Assembly (NCBI RefSeq): GCF_001194135.2
Contig: NC_068994.1
Location: 13,289,523-13,322,909 of the forward strand
Direction: 5' to 3'
Source: Octopus bimaculoides
Taxonomy: Eukaryota
DNA length: 33,387 nucleotides
In this document: piece after piece, positions 13,537 to 25,790 of the stretch
How the letters are laid out: the number at the start of each line of letters is the position of its first letter
Numbering within the stretch: the stretch's first letter is position 1
Notes under the pieces: model-generated
What the model saw: only the letters and a program-made list of their open reading frames with translations
Database searches by the model: none
What the model was told of the DNA's origin: nothing
Program-made: the position numbers and the translations under genes

Positions 13537-13733
13537 TCTTCTTCTTCTTCTTCTTCTTCTTCTTCTTCTTCTTCTTCTTCTTCTTCTTCTTCTTCTTCTT
13601 CTTCTTCTTCTTCTTCTTCTTCTTCTTCTTCTTCTTCTCATTGATCTTCCCACCAAAATAAAGCTAAAATAAATCTACAGAAATAAGAGAAGCAGGAGGA
13701 GGAGAAGGAAAATAATAATAATAATAATAATAA

Positions 13734-13764
<31 letters not shown>

Positions 13765-14698
13765 AAGAAGAAGAAGAAGAAGAAGAAGAAGAAGAAGAAG
13801 NNNNNNNNNNNNNNNNNNNNNNNNNNNNNNNNNNNNNNNNNNNNNNNNNNNNNNNNNNNNNNNNNNNNNNNNNNNNNNNNNNNNNNNNNNNNNNNNNNNN
13901 NNNNNNNNNNNNNNNNNNNNNNNNNNNNNNNNNNNNNNNNNNNNNNNNNNNNNNNNNNNNNNNNNNNNNNNNNNNNNNNNNNNNNNNNNNNNNNNNNNNN
14001 NNNNNNNNNNNNNNNNNNNNNNNNNNNNNNNNNNNNNNNNNNNNNNNNNNNNNNNNNNNNNNNNNNNNNNNNNNNNNNNNNNNNNNNNNNNNNNNNNNNN
14101 NNNNNNNNNNNNNNNNNNNNNNNNNNNNNNNNNNNNNNNNNNNNNNNNNNNNNNNNNNNNNNNNNNNNNNNNNNNNNNNNNNNNNNNNNNNNNNNNNNNN
14201 NNNNNNNNNNNNNNNNNNNNNNNNNNNNNNNNNNNNNNNNNNNNNNNNNNNNNNNNNNNNNNNNNNNNNNNNNNNNNNNNNNNNNNNNNNNNNNNNNNNN
14301 NNNNNNNNNNNNNNNNNNNNNNNNNNNNNNNNNNNNNNNNNNNNNNNNNNNNNNNNNNNNNNNNNNNNNNNNNNNNNNNNNNNNNNNNNNNNNNNNNNNN
14401 NNNNNNNNNNNNNNNNNNNNNNNNNNNNNNNNNNNNNNNNNNNNNNNNNNNNNNNNNNNNNNNNNNNNNNNNNNNNNNNNNNNNNNNNNNNNNNNNNNNN
14501 NNNNNNNNNNNNNACCACCACCACCACCAGCATCATCATTGCCACCATCAAAAGCACCATCACCAAAAAGCACCACCACCGTCACCATCGCCGCCGCCGC
14601 TGCCGTCACCTCCACCATCCCCTGTACGAGCAGCAGCAGCAGCAGCACCACCACCACCACAACCACCACTACCACCAGCTACAACACCATCAACAATA
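13537..14698. repeat. (TCT)n ~13537-13639, (AAT)/(AAG)n ~13713-13800, gap 13801-14513, then ACC/GCC/AGC triplet mosaic
   Basis: Directly visible. Confidence 0.9.
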
Positions 14699-14994
14699 CT
14701 AAAAGACATGGTGTGAAGTCTTTATGTTTAACTGTGAAAAAGACATTTGGCGTATCTTTTATGTCGCTATTTATTTAGTTGTTTATGTTTTTTTCTTTCT
14801 ATTTCAAAGAGTTTAATTGCATATTCTTCATGCTGGCCTTCCCTCTCGACTACTGTTTAAGAACTGAGGATTAAACGTAATTATGGGATAATTATGGCAT
14901 AGAAAGATAGAATGATAGAATGATAGCCTAACAGACAGCCATATAGATTCGTAGACAGCTGGGATATATTGGTAGATAAATAGAGGGATGGGTG

Positions 14995-14995
14995 G

Positions 14996-15055
<60 letters not shown>

Positions 15056-15259
15056 AAAGGTAAAAAAAAAAGAAAGATAGATAGATAGATAGATAGAGAG
15101 ATAGATAGAGAGAGAGATAGAGAGATAGAAAGGTAGAAAAGATAGATAGGTAGAAAAGATGGACAGATAGATAGGTAGATAGATCGATAGGTAGTTATAC
15201 TGGTGCATACACATCTAGTGAGATAGATATGTAGATAGCTGGAGACACACATACATATG

Positions 15260-15337
<78 letters not shown>
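14995..15337. repeat. (GATA)/(GA)n followed by opposite-polarity (TATC)n
   Basis: Directly visible. Confidence 0.9.
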
Positions 15338-15338
<1 letters not shown>

Positions 15339-16124
15339 ATAGTGGTGTCAAGTAGACATACTTATATAAACATATATGTGTATATATATACATATATATG
15401 CATATATGTATGTATGCATATATATATGTGTGTGCGTGTGTGTAATATATATGTATATGTCTATATTTCTCTCTATCTCTATATACATATATATGAATTT
15501 AATATGTATGTGTATGTATGCATGTATACATACATACATATATATATATACACACACACGTACATACACACATACATATATACATATACGCACACACACA
15601 CACAAACACATAGACGTGTACATGCTTATATATAAATGTATATACGTGTGTATATGTGTGTATATATACGCACATATACAATGAAGGATAGAGTGAAAGA
15701 TAGATGGCTTCACTGTTGAACTGAAGAAAATCCAATATATGGATTTTATATTGGTTTTTTATTTGTGCAATATTCTCTCAAGTGTGAGTATCAAATTTTA
15801 CGCCATTCCATCCATATTCTTCGTGCACCACCCCACTCCATGGGGCGTACCAATTTTCATATAAATATCTTTTAATTGGTCTACACTGTACGTGATGGGC
15901 TTGTACATTACATTATACGCCCTTTTCATAAACAAGTATACAATGCTAGATAGATTGGGCCACGCCTACTTTTATTTACGTTACATAACAAGAAAAAAGT
16001 ATTTAAATATTTAACCATCGGTTAACAAGATTGTTAATGAACAAAAACAAAAACGAGCTTTTCATTAGCGTATGTTGCCAATACTTAAATATATTTTGTA
16101 TTTCTGGTTAATATATCTTTATAT

Positions 16125-16821
16125 GTGGTCGAAAGTTGAATTTTGCACTACTAACTTATTACTTAACCAAAATGTGGTCAATAGTTGGATTTTTTACAAC
16201 TAACTAATTAGTTAACTGCAATGAGGTCAGTAGTTGTACTTACTCATTATTTATCCACGATATAGTCGATAGTTAAATATTTTACCACTAATTTATTACT
16301 TAACTACAACAGGGTCAAAAGATAAATTTTGCACTACTAACTTGTTATTTAACCACAATGTGGTCAATATTTGAATTTTGTATTACTAACTTATATAACC
16401 ACCATATAATCAATATTTGAATTTTGTACTACTAACTTATAATATAACCACAATATGGCTAAATTTTTTACCACAAGCTTATTTAATCACATTGTGGTTA
16501 ATAGTTGAAATTTGTACTAAATTATTATTTAACCACGGTTTTGAATTTTGTATTCCTAACTTATTATTTGTAGAGGCGCGTGGTTTAGTGGTTAAGGTGT
16601 TGGACTCATGATCATAAAATTGTGGTTCCGATTCCCGGACTGGGTAATGTGTTGTGTTCTTGAGCAAAACACTTCATTTCATGCACTCAGCTGGTAAAAA
16701 TGAGTAATCCTGTGACGGACTGGCGTCCCATCCAGGTGGTGCATATATATATATATATATATAGGCCACGGAAACCGGGAAACCGGCCCTTATGTATCTC
16801 TATGACTCGGGAAGAGTATTT

Positions 16822-16860
<39 letters not shown>

Positions 16861-17050
16861 TAATCCTAACATTTAATCACAATGTAATCAATAGCTGGAT
16901 TTTGAATTACTTGTGATCAGCTTTCTGATATATTTTATATATTACTAAAAATTATATCTATATATGTGCTCAATAGTTGAATTTTTTTTCCCAGTACTAA
17001 GTTATTTAATCACAATGTCGTCAGTATTCCAATTTCGTATTACTAGTATA
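16125..17050. repeat. Degenerate ~48-49-bp AT-rich minisatellite, interrupted by a SINE at ~16572-16815
   Basis: Recurring AGTTGAATTTTGCACTACTAACTTATTATTTAACCACAATGTGGTCAAT-like units at 16134-16570, resuming at ~16870-17050. Confidence 0.85.
16572..16815 (+). mobile_element. tRNA-derived SINE (family D) with CORE/Meta/V-like central region
   Basis: A box TGGTTTAGTGG, B box GGTTCCGATTCC; tgtgttcttgagcaaaacactt and cctgtgacggactggcgtcccatccagg resemble conserved SINE central domains; poly-T follows at 16826-16858. Confidence 0.82.
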
Positions 17051-17850
17051 ATTATTATATCTTGATAAGTGGTTAAATATTATTTCTACATATTTGGTTA
17101 GCATATGGATGTATTGGCACAACTAACATAGAAGTTCCCTCTTTGGTTCATTTGTTGTTGTTGTTATTGTTGGATTTTAAAATTAAATGTAGATGCAGAT
17201 ACATTTAACTGACTTATAAAACATGGAATAAAAAGTAATCCGAAAACCAGGAGTATCTAGCGGGATTCGAAATCAGAATGTCCAGTTTACAGCATGAAAT
17301 TATGACCTATATACTCACTCGATATCACTGTCTGAATAAATATAAGAATTTTGATTTCTCATCCTAAGAGCGCTTGCGCCTTCTTCTTTGGTGTTTGTTT
17401 CACCTTCTTCAAACTTCAAACACTACTGCGAGCAGTATTCATTTGCAAGATACGATTTGCCTCCGTTTTCACGTGAGCGCTCTTTTTCATATAATTATTC
17501 CATCTTAAACTAGCCACTTCAAAACTCTTACCCAAGGTTAGTCTTGGCTATGTCAAGATGGATTTTTATGTATTCTTCTTCCCACTTAAATTTTAAATGT
17601 TGCCACAATAGCAATATGTCCATTCTGGTGTAATTTTCTATATTCTTGTGCAGCTGAAGATTGCTCCGCATTTTGCATTTAATGTAATGTTCGCATTACT
17701 TGGATGAATGGAGTAGCATGAAACGTGCGTACTGCAATAACCTTTAAAATCCGTGTTGCTTTTTTTGATTTTTGATCACCTTTAACATGGAATTTCTACC
17801 CATTAACCAGGTATAATATCCCAGTTTTTGTGTGATTTTTGCTAAAAAAA

Positions 17851-18193
17851 AGTTGAAAATCAGTGAAAAAGAGAACACTTATGTTGAACTAAAATCTGCA
17901 GTTACTCTATCCAGATTACAAGTTCCAGATTATACCTGTAATTATTGGGGCCCTGGGATAGGTAACACACTGCCTAAATACCAACCTTGAGAAATTAGGC
18001 TTCTCAAAAACCAGAAAGAAGAAAGCTAATTCTCGGACTACAGATCCAATCCATCACTGGAACTATAAAAATGTGTAAAATTTTCCGGAAGTTTATCATT
18101 TAAATATATATGAGCATGTCTAAATATGTAACTGTATGCATGAGAATACATACATAAAACATACAAATCTGCACATACATAAATACATACATG

Positions 18194-18225
<32 letters not shown>

Positions 18226-18410
18226 CATGCATGCATACATATATACATACATACATGCATGCATACATACATACATACATACATACATACATCCATACAT
18301 ACATACATATATACGTACATACCCTTTATGCTGAAATTCCAATGAAGGAGCCCTGGATCTAGGTTAGAAACCGGTTTTTTCTCTATTGGCAAGAAATCTT
18401 GAAATAAAAT
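17851..18410 (+). mobile_element. 3' end of an R4/Dong-like non-LTR retrotransposon (restriction-like endonuclease C-terminus plus 3' UTR), pseudogenised
   Basis: Frameshifted translation KLKISEKENTYVEL/NLQLLYPDYKFQIIPVIIGALG*VTHCLNTNLEKLGFSK/ERRKLILGLQIQSITGTIKMCKIFRKFII* (stop 18101-18103); IIPVIIGALG is typical of R4-clade RLE; the UTR contains (ATAC)n and AATAAA at 18403-18408. Confidence 0.8.
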
Positions 18411-19221
18411 GGATAATAACATACATACAAATAAGTAAGCCCTGGTGGCGCTTTGTATATGCGTATGTGCGTTTTTTGTCGGTTTTTACGGGTGAGTATG
18501 TGCACGTATGTGTGTGTGTGTGTGTGTCTCTGTGTGTGTGTATATATATGAATATATACATTTATACACACACACATTTACACATTTATACGTGTATATA
18601 TGCATACATACATTTATATGAGTGTGTGTATATATATACATACACACGGACACACCACATTCACACACACACACACTTACATATATATATTTCTATGCAT
18701 GTATGTATATGTATGCATGTATGTATATATATGTATGCATGTATGTATATGTATGTATGTGTGTATACATATATATGTTTTTGATATTAGTCGCAAACAT
18801 TTCTTTGATACATGCAAAACTGAAAAGACCTCCACATCCGGTTGATGAGTTTAATGGCGTGAGCGCATTTCTTCTAAAACTCCCACGACGCTTTTCTTTA
18901 CATCTGAAGTCATATTAAAAGCGAGACGTAGGATGGACATGTTTTGTTACAAAACATTCGATCAAAAACCATCTCACCACACAATCACACTGTTTGAATC
19001 ATGATCAAATGCTACAACACATCATCACACACCGTCGCACCACCTCACTCATATCATAAACATTAAATTAAAGCGGAAATAGGTTATTGATAACACAATC
19101 ATTTAATATAACATCAGAAGAGAGGAAGCAAAATATTACAAAAAAAACCCAAAAAAAACCACACCCGCCGAAAATATATTTGAAGCCACATTCTGAAATT
19201 TGGATTCTTTTCTTCTTTTCT

Positions 19222-19280
19222 TCTTTTATTCTTTTACTTGTTTCAGTCATTTGACTGTGGCCATACTGGAGCACCGCCTT
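19222..19280 (-). mobile_element. SINE family A 3' end
   Basis: cttttacttgtttcagtcatttgactgtggccatactggagcaccgcctt, nearly identical to 33091-33136. Confidence 0.85.
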
Positions 19281-19314
19281 ACCAAACATTCTCAATAACG
19301 ATGATGATGATGAT

Positions 19315-19625
19315 AGTTTTAAAGTTTGGCACAAGGCCAGCAATTTCAGGCGTAGGGATACGTCGATAACATCGATCTCAGTGTTAAACTGGTGGTTATT
19401 TTATCGGTCCCGAAAGGATGAAAAGCAAAGTCGACCTTGGCGGAATTTGAACTCAGAACGTAAAAGACGGGCGGAATACAGCTGAGCATTACTTTCTACT
19501 ATAGGCAAAAGGCTTGAAATTTTGGTGTTAGATGGCTAGTCGATTATATCAACCCCAGTGCTTGACTGGAACTTATTTCACCGACCCCTAAGGATAACGG
19601 CGAAATAGACTTCAGCGGAATTAGA
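19315..19625 (-). mobile_element. Two tandem SINE family B copies (~19315-19480 and ~19485-19625)
   Basis: Reverse complements of the 21556-21762 element: cggaatttgaactcagaacg, cccgaaaggatgaaaagcaaagtcgacc, ccccagtgct. Confidence 0.8.
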
Positions 19626-20585
19626 ACGAAATAATGAATACTATCGAGCTTTTGATATTAGATACCCGTTTCTGAATTTGTTCTGTTATGTGAAGAGATT
19701 TCNNNNNNNNNNNNNNNNNNNNNNNNNNNNNNNNNNNNNNNNNNNNNNNNNNNNNNNNNNNNNNNNNNNNNNNNNNNNNNNNNNNNNNNNNNNNNNNNNN
19801 NNNNNNNNNNNNNNNNNNNNNNNNNNNNNNNNNNNNNNNNNNNNNNNNNNNNNNNNNNNNNNNNNNNNNNNNNNNNNNNNNNNNNNNNNNNNNNNNNNNN
19901 NNNNNNNNNNNNNNNNNNNNNNNNNNNNNNNNNNNNNNNNNNNNNNNNNNNNNNNNNNNNNNNNNNNNNNNNNNNNNNNNNNNNNNNNNNNNNNNNNNNN
20001 NNNNNNNNNNNNNNNNNNNNNNNNNNNNNNNNNNNNNNNNNNNNNNNNNNNNNNNNNNNNNNNNNNNNNNNNNNNNNNNNNNNNNNNNNNNNNNNNNNNN
20101 NNNNNNNNNNNNNNNNNNNNNNNNNNNNNNNNNNNNNNNNNNNNNNNNNNNNNNNNNNNNNNNNNNNNNNNNNNNNNNNNNNNNNNNNNNNNNNNNNNNN
20201 NNNNNNNNNNNNNNNNNNNNNNNNNNNNNNNNNNNNNNNNNNNNNNNNNNNNNNNNNNNNNNNNNNNNNNNNNNNNNNNNNNNNNNNNNNNNNNNNNNNN
20301 NNNNNNNNNNNNNNNNNNNNNNNNNNNNNNNNNNNNNNNNNNNNNNNNNNNNNNNNNNNNNNNNNNNNNNNNNNNNNNNNNNNNNNNNNNNNNNNNNNNN
20401 NNNNNNNNNNNNNNNNNNNNNNNNNNNNNNNNNNNNNNNNNNNNNNNNNNNNNNNNNNNNNNNNNNNNNNNNNNNNNNNNNNNNNNNNNNNNNNNNNNNN
20501 NNNNNNNNNNNNNNNNNNNNNNNNNNNNNNNNNNNNNNNNNNNNNNNNNNNNNNNNNNNNNNNNNNNNNNTATATATATATATAT

Positions 20586-20680
20586 CAGGAGTGGTTGTGT
20601 GGTAAGAAGCTTGCTTACCAACTACATGGTCCCGGGTTCAGTCACACTGCATGGCATTTTGGGCAAGTGTCTTCTACTAT
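20586..20680 (+). mobile_element. SINE family A tRNA-like head (5' fragment)
   Basis: A-box-like TGGTTGTGTGG, B-box-like GGGTTCAGTC, then ttgggcaagtgtcttctactat; homologous to 28235-28310 and 33233-33330. Confidence 0.82.
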
Positions 20681-21198
20681 CTATCTATCTATCTATCTTT
20701 CTATCTCTTTACATATACATACTTTGCTAAAACACATGTATACATATATACATAGATACATACATACATGCATAATATAAACACCTATATACATACAGAT
20801 ACACGCGCGCACATACACATGCACGTACACATATACACGTATACACATACACACGTGCACACATATATACAGCTCATTAACCAATTAAGATATCCGTATA
20901 GCGGGAATATCATATTCCTCTGTATCATCGTTTAGAATTTCCTCAATATAATTGTGGACCAGATCTACGTTAACCTTTTCCACCGTTCAGCGTGATTTAC
21001 ATTAAGTACGGTGGCTCTTTATTTGTTTTGATGATATTAAGAGGATGGGCCCAATATAATCGAATATTTTGTAGCCCTTTATTTCTGGATCACTTTGTAC
21101 GATTATCTGCTTTCAAAATCTGCAAACTGACCAGCACAGCACGAATACGTATAATATGCTTCTTTTTCACGTTCATATTGACACTGGTGGTATCACAA

Positions 21199-21432
21199 CT
21201 GCCACAGCCACCGCCGCCATCATTACCACTGTTACCGCCATCGCCACCACCACTGTTACTACCACCACCACCACCACCACCATCACCATCGGCGTTCTTG
21301 TTTTTGTGGTTGTTATTTTTGTTGTTTTCCTTGATGTTTTGTGTTGTTTTCGCTGTTGTTGTTGTTGTTGTTGCTCTTCCTGTAGCAATTGTTGCTCTTG
21401 TTGTTGTTGTTGTCGTCGTCGTCGCCGTAGTT
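21199..21432. repeat. Triplet mosaic (ACC/GCC then TTG/GTC)
   Basis: Directly visible; explains the poly-P/T/V ORFs. Confidence 0.88.
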
Positions 21433-21438
21433 GTCATT

Positions 21439-21500
21439 GCGGTGTTCCAGCATGGACGCAGTCCAGTGACTGAAGCAAATGAAAGATAAAAGACAAAAGA
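21439..21500 (+). mobile_element. SINE family A 3' end fragment
   Basis: gcggtgttccagcatggacgcagtccagtgactgaagcaaatgaaag is the reverse complement of the 19222-19280 type. Confidence 0.75.
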
Positions 21501-21555
21501 GACATTTGTCCTGTAATAAAGATTATAGCAATTTAATATTAAACTTCTGGCAAAT

Positions 21556-21762
21556 GCGGCGAGCTGGCAGAATCGTTACCACCGCGGGCAAAGAGCTTAG
21601 CGACATTTCGTCCATCATCACGTTCTGAGTTCAAATTCCACCGAGGTAGATGTTACCTTTTTTTTTTCCCCTTTCAGGATCGATAAAATAAATACCAGTA
21701 GAGCACTGGGGTCGATGTAATTCTCCTTCCGCCAAAATTGCTGACCTTGTGCCAACATTTTG
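21556..21762 (+). mobile_element. Near full-length tRNA-derived SINE family B (probable Deu/Nin-domain SINE)
   Basis: A box TGGCAGAATCG, B box GAGTTCAAATTCC; the central cct(t)tcaggatcgataaaataaatacc resembles the Nin/Deu core (from recall). Confidence 0.85.
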
Positions 21763-22127
21763 GGCAAAAAAATAGATAAAAATAGGATTGGAATTTTCAC
21801 ATGTAAATAGCAACCAAAATGTCTAGGATCATATAGTTTGCAGGAGGTGGATTAAAAGTTGCCAGTCCGGAACTTAAATGATATTAAAGGTGGCGCTGGC
21901 TTAAAGATTAAGGTCGTCTCTCTGCCGACTGGGAAAAGAGCTTAACTACAAAATATCTACGGGGAAGTTTAGATATCTTTCAATGGACGCCCATGTTCTT
22001 GACAATGTGAGAGCGATGGAATAGCTAAATGGGTAGGCGTAGATTATATAACGTATTTTCTGGCATTACAAGTTGATGTAATGTATAGTCTAGATATGTT
22101 TTGCAAACATTCAAACATCGTCACTAT

Positions 22128-22190
<63 letters not shown>

Positions 22191-23189
22191 CATATATGAT
22201 CGAATATATTGTCTCATATAGACAATCGGCTAAAAAGACCTTTTAGAGCAAAATATTTAGAAAAAAGCATAAAAACATATATTATACAAGTTGTTCATAC
22301 GTTAATTGTGCCCTACAGCTGTTTCATGAGCATAAACATCGTAAATTCCATTATTATGTAAATAAGATACATAATTAATTACTTTAAATTCATTCAAATT
22401 AAATCAATTTCAAAGCGATGCTTTCTCAAACCATCGCGTGCATTGCTTGTTATTTGACATCTTATTCTACACGTGAGTATGCATGAAATCTTAATACACA
22501 ATTTCATACTTTTCTTTTTGAAACATATTTCACAACATTTTCAACAATACATCTTTACTCCGTTAACGATATGCATTTGTTATTATTGAACTTTCTATGG
22601 CAGATATTTTTTGTTTCTCACAGACTGAGACAAAGAATAAAAATGGTAATAGAAGTTCAACCAGGGTATTAACTGCATCAATGTCAAAGGGCAGTGCACA
22701 TGGCCTTTGCAAGCATGTAAGGGCTTGACTGCAAAAGATCATGCGCATTGCTCTTGTGTCTAAATTAAGAACAGGAACGATGTGCGAAAGTTTCTCGAAG
22801 CCGCTTGCTTTGTTACAGGAATGTAATGTTCTAAAACATAAGGACAGCATTATACATGCGTGTATAAGTATATAAGTATGTATGTATATATATATTTACG
22901 TATACGTATATGCATATATATATACACACACACACAGGCACATATAAATATACATATATCGAGATATAAGTGCGTATATGTGCGTGTGTAACTGTGAGTC
23001 CCTGGTTATGTATTTGTGTGTATGCATATATGCGAGTATATGTAGATATACATGCATATGTACGTACATAGATGTAAATATTTATGTATACACACACACA
23101 AACACCCACAGGCACACACGCACGCACTCATATATATCTTTGCACGCGCGCACACACGCATATACTTTTACAGTATATGACTTCCTATA

Positions 23190-23254
<65 letters not shown>

Positions 23255-23293
23255 NNNNNNNNNNNNNNNNNNNNNNNNNNNNNNNNNNNNNNN

Positions 23294-23372
<79 letters not shown>

Positions 23373-23405
23373 ATATATATATACGTATATGTATATATGT
23401 ATATG

Positions 23406-23460
<55 letters not shown>

Positions 23461-23795
23461 ATTTGTAACTAAGCCATCACAAATTACAACTACTACAACT
23501 ACTAGTTTCCCGTTTCCAAGCCTCGGCTAAATGTCTCGACGCAAGGATTAGCAACATGAATCTAGAATTTGTAACTTGCGAAGTTGGAACTTTAGACGTG
23601 GAAAAAGTATACGACAACTACCTCATATCTTGAGCACTCTTAAAACCAACGACTCCTAATCCATGTATGTATGTATGTATGTATGTATGTATGTATGTAT
23701 GTATGTATGTATGTATGTATGTATGTATGCATGTATGTATGTACGTATCTATCTATATGTATATGTATATATGTACACACGCACATACATGATAA

Positions 23796-23880
23796 CCTGG
23801 AAAAATGTCTTCTACAATAGACTCATGCCGACCAAGGCCCTTTGATTGGATTTGGTTGACGGAAAGCCCATCGTATATAT
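23796..23880 (+). mobile_element. SINE family A middle fragment
   Basis: tgtcttctacaatag...gccgaccaagg...ggatttggttgacggaaagcccatcgtatatat matches 33305-33387. Confidence 0.7.
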
Positions 23881-23914
23881 ATGTATGTTTGTATGTACGT
23901 ATATATTCATATAT

Positions 23915-23962
<48 letters not shown>

Positions 23963-24171
23963 TTTCTATCATCAGTGTTATATGACAATGATGATAGAAG
24001 TACCCCATAATTTTGAAATCAGTTAATATGGAATTGAACAGATTCATGAATCTGTTTCGTTTATTTGCACGAGTACGGCGTATAATTATTCTAGTGAAAT
24101 ACATTCACTGATTTCACGAGAATAATTCTATGTTTACAAGAGCTAGATGGGCATCTCCAACTAGTAAACCA

Positions 24172-24224
24172 TGCTACTCCAGACTGAAGACGAGCAAAGA
24201 CTCAGAAACATGTCTCTGGATGCA
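24172..24224 (+). ncRNA. Type I hammerhead ribozyme, minimal form with palindromic stem III
   Basis: Stem I TCCAGA(24178-83)/TCTGGA(24215-20); CTGAAGA 24184-90; stem II cGAG/caaaga/CTCa (C.A mismatch at base); GAAAC-AT-GTC, cleavage predicted after C24214. Confidence 0.78.
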
Positions 24225-24278
24225 GGCTTAGCTGGGTGGAGGTGCTTATCTCCCCCTTGTAAATATAAGGACACAGGA

Positions 24279-24410
24279 AATGTGTCAAGGCTGACAGGAA
24301 GCGCTGCTGCTTCCTAGGGCTAAATAGCAGTAGTATTATNNNNNNNNNNAATGTGTCAAGGCTGACAGGAAGCGCTGCTGCTTCCTAGGGCTAAATAGCA
24401 GTAGTATTAT
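24279..24410. other. 61-bp exact duplication flanking a 10-N gap (24279-24339 = 24350-24410); probably unmerged contig overlap
   Basis: Same pattern with a 36-bp duplicate around the 10-N gap at 6343-6352. Confidence 0.8.
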
Positions 24411-25187
24411 TCCCTTCATGGGACTGTCACATTAAGTTGACAGCATACAACTACTTTATCGCATCACTACTGCATAAATCTCTCTGAGAGATTTAGAAAT
24501 GTATTATTTCTATATATATGTATATATATATTTATATATATGTGTGTTTGTATACATGCATGGAAAATTTATAAGACTTTGTGATAAGCCTCTGAAAATA
24601 TACAAATTTATAACGGTACATGAATAGTTATGTACGTAAATAAATAGATAAGTAAGTTAATGTACAAAGATAAGAAACATTAAGTGATCGTTGTGTCTGG
24701 TAGCAAAAAGAATAGGAAGATTTAACAATGATGACGATATGTATGGAAGTTTCTGAGGTTAAAGTCTTCTGTGCATGTGTGTGTCTCTGTGTGTGTGCGT
24801 GCGCGTGCGAGTAAGAAGAAGAAACGTCTGGTAGTGAAGGTTTTCTTTTTTTTTTTTATCAAGGGTCTGTTTGTTAATTGAGACGTTTTGCTAAGTTGAA
24901 GGAATGAAGAATTTGTTTGGTGGCATGTGTTGTTTCAGTAATATGTTGTGGAATAAGAAAGGAATTTGTAAGACAAAAGTGAAGAAATCACTGAGTATAA
25001 AGAGTGTGAAAAGAAAGGAGAAAAAGAGAGGAAGAAAGAGAGAGAGAGAGAGAGGGGGGAGTAAGTGAAAGAATGAGACGGTATAAATGAAAGAAACAAG
25101 GTGGGAAGCAGAGTGATGGGGAAATTTTAACTGCAGAGAGGCATCAAGAGAAGAGACTAAAGGAGGGCGGTTGATCGCAGGAAAATA

Positions 25188-25240
<53 letters not shown>

Positions 25241-25757
25241 ATGTATACATACATACATATATATATANNNNNNNNNNNNNNNNNNNNNNNNNNNNNNNNN
25301 NNNNNNNNNNNNNNNNNNNNNNNNNNNNNNNNNNNNNNNNNNNNNNNNNNNNNNNNNNNNNNNNNNNNNNNNNNNNNNNNNNNNNNNNNNNNNNNNNNNN
25401 NNNNNNNNNNNNNNNNNNNNNNNNNNNNNNNNNNNNNNNNNNNNNNNNNNNNNNNNNNNNNNNNNNNNNNNNNNNNNNNNNNNNNNNNNNNNNNNNNNNN
25501 NNNNNNNNNNNNNNNNNNNNNNNNNNNNNNNNNNNNNNNNNNNNNNNNNNNNNNNNNNNNNNNNNNNNNNNNNNNNNNNNNNNNNNNNNNNNNNNNNNNN
25601 NNNNNNNNNNNNNNNNNNNNNNNNNNNNNNNNNNNNNNNNNNNNNNNNNNNNNNNNNNNNNNNNNNNNNNNNNNNNNNNNNNNNNNNNNNNNNNNNNNNN
25701 NNNNNNNNNNNNNNNNNNNNNNNNNNNNNNNNNNNNNNNNNNNNNNNNNNNNNNNNN

Positions 25758-25790
<33 letters not shown>

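Noticed and set aside
16125-16570. CRISPR-like regular repeats
   Set aside because: Eukaryotic DNA; units are contiguous and degenerate with no unique spacers
18330-18378. Hammerhead-like CCAATGA...GAAACCGGT in the R4-like UTR
   Set aside because: Lacks CUGANGA, a proper stem II and a GUC/stem I closure
23965-23986. TCATCAG (reverse-strand CUGAUGA), also an ~18/21 match to 31052-31071
   Set aside because: No stem II or GAAA in register, and the similarity does not extend, so it does not link the two hammerhead loci
24745-24775. Reverse-strand CAGAAGA...CTCAGAAAC resembling the 24184 core
   Set aside because: U4 missing, no stem II pairing and no cleavage triplet
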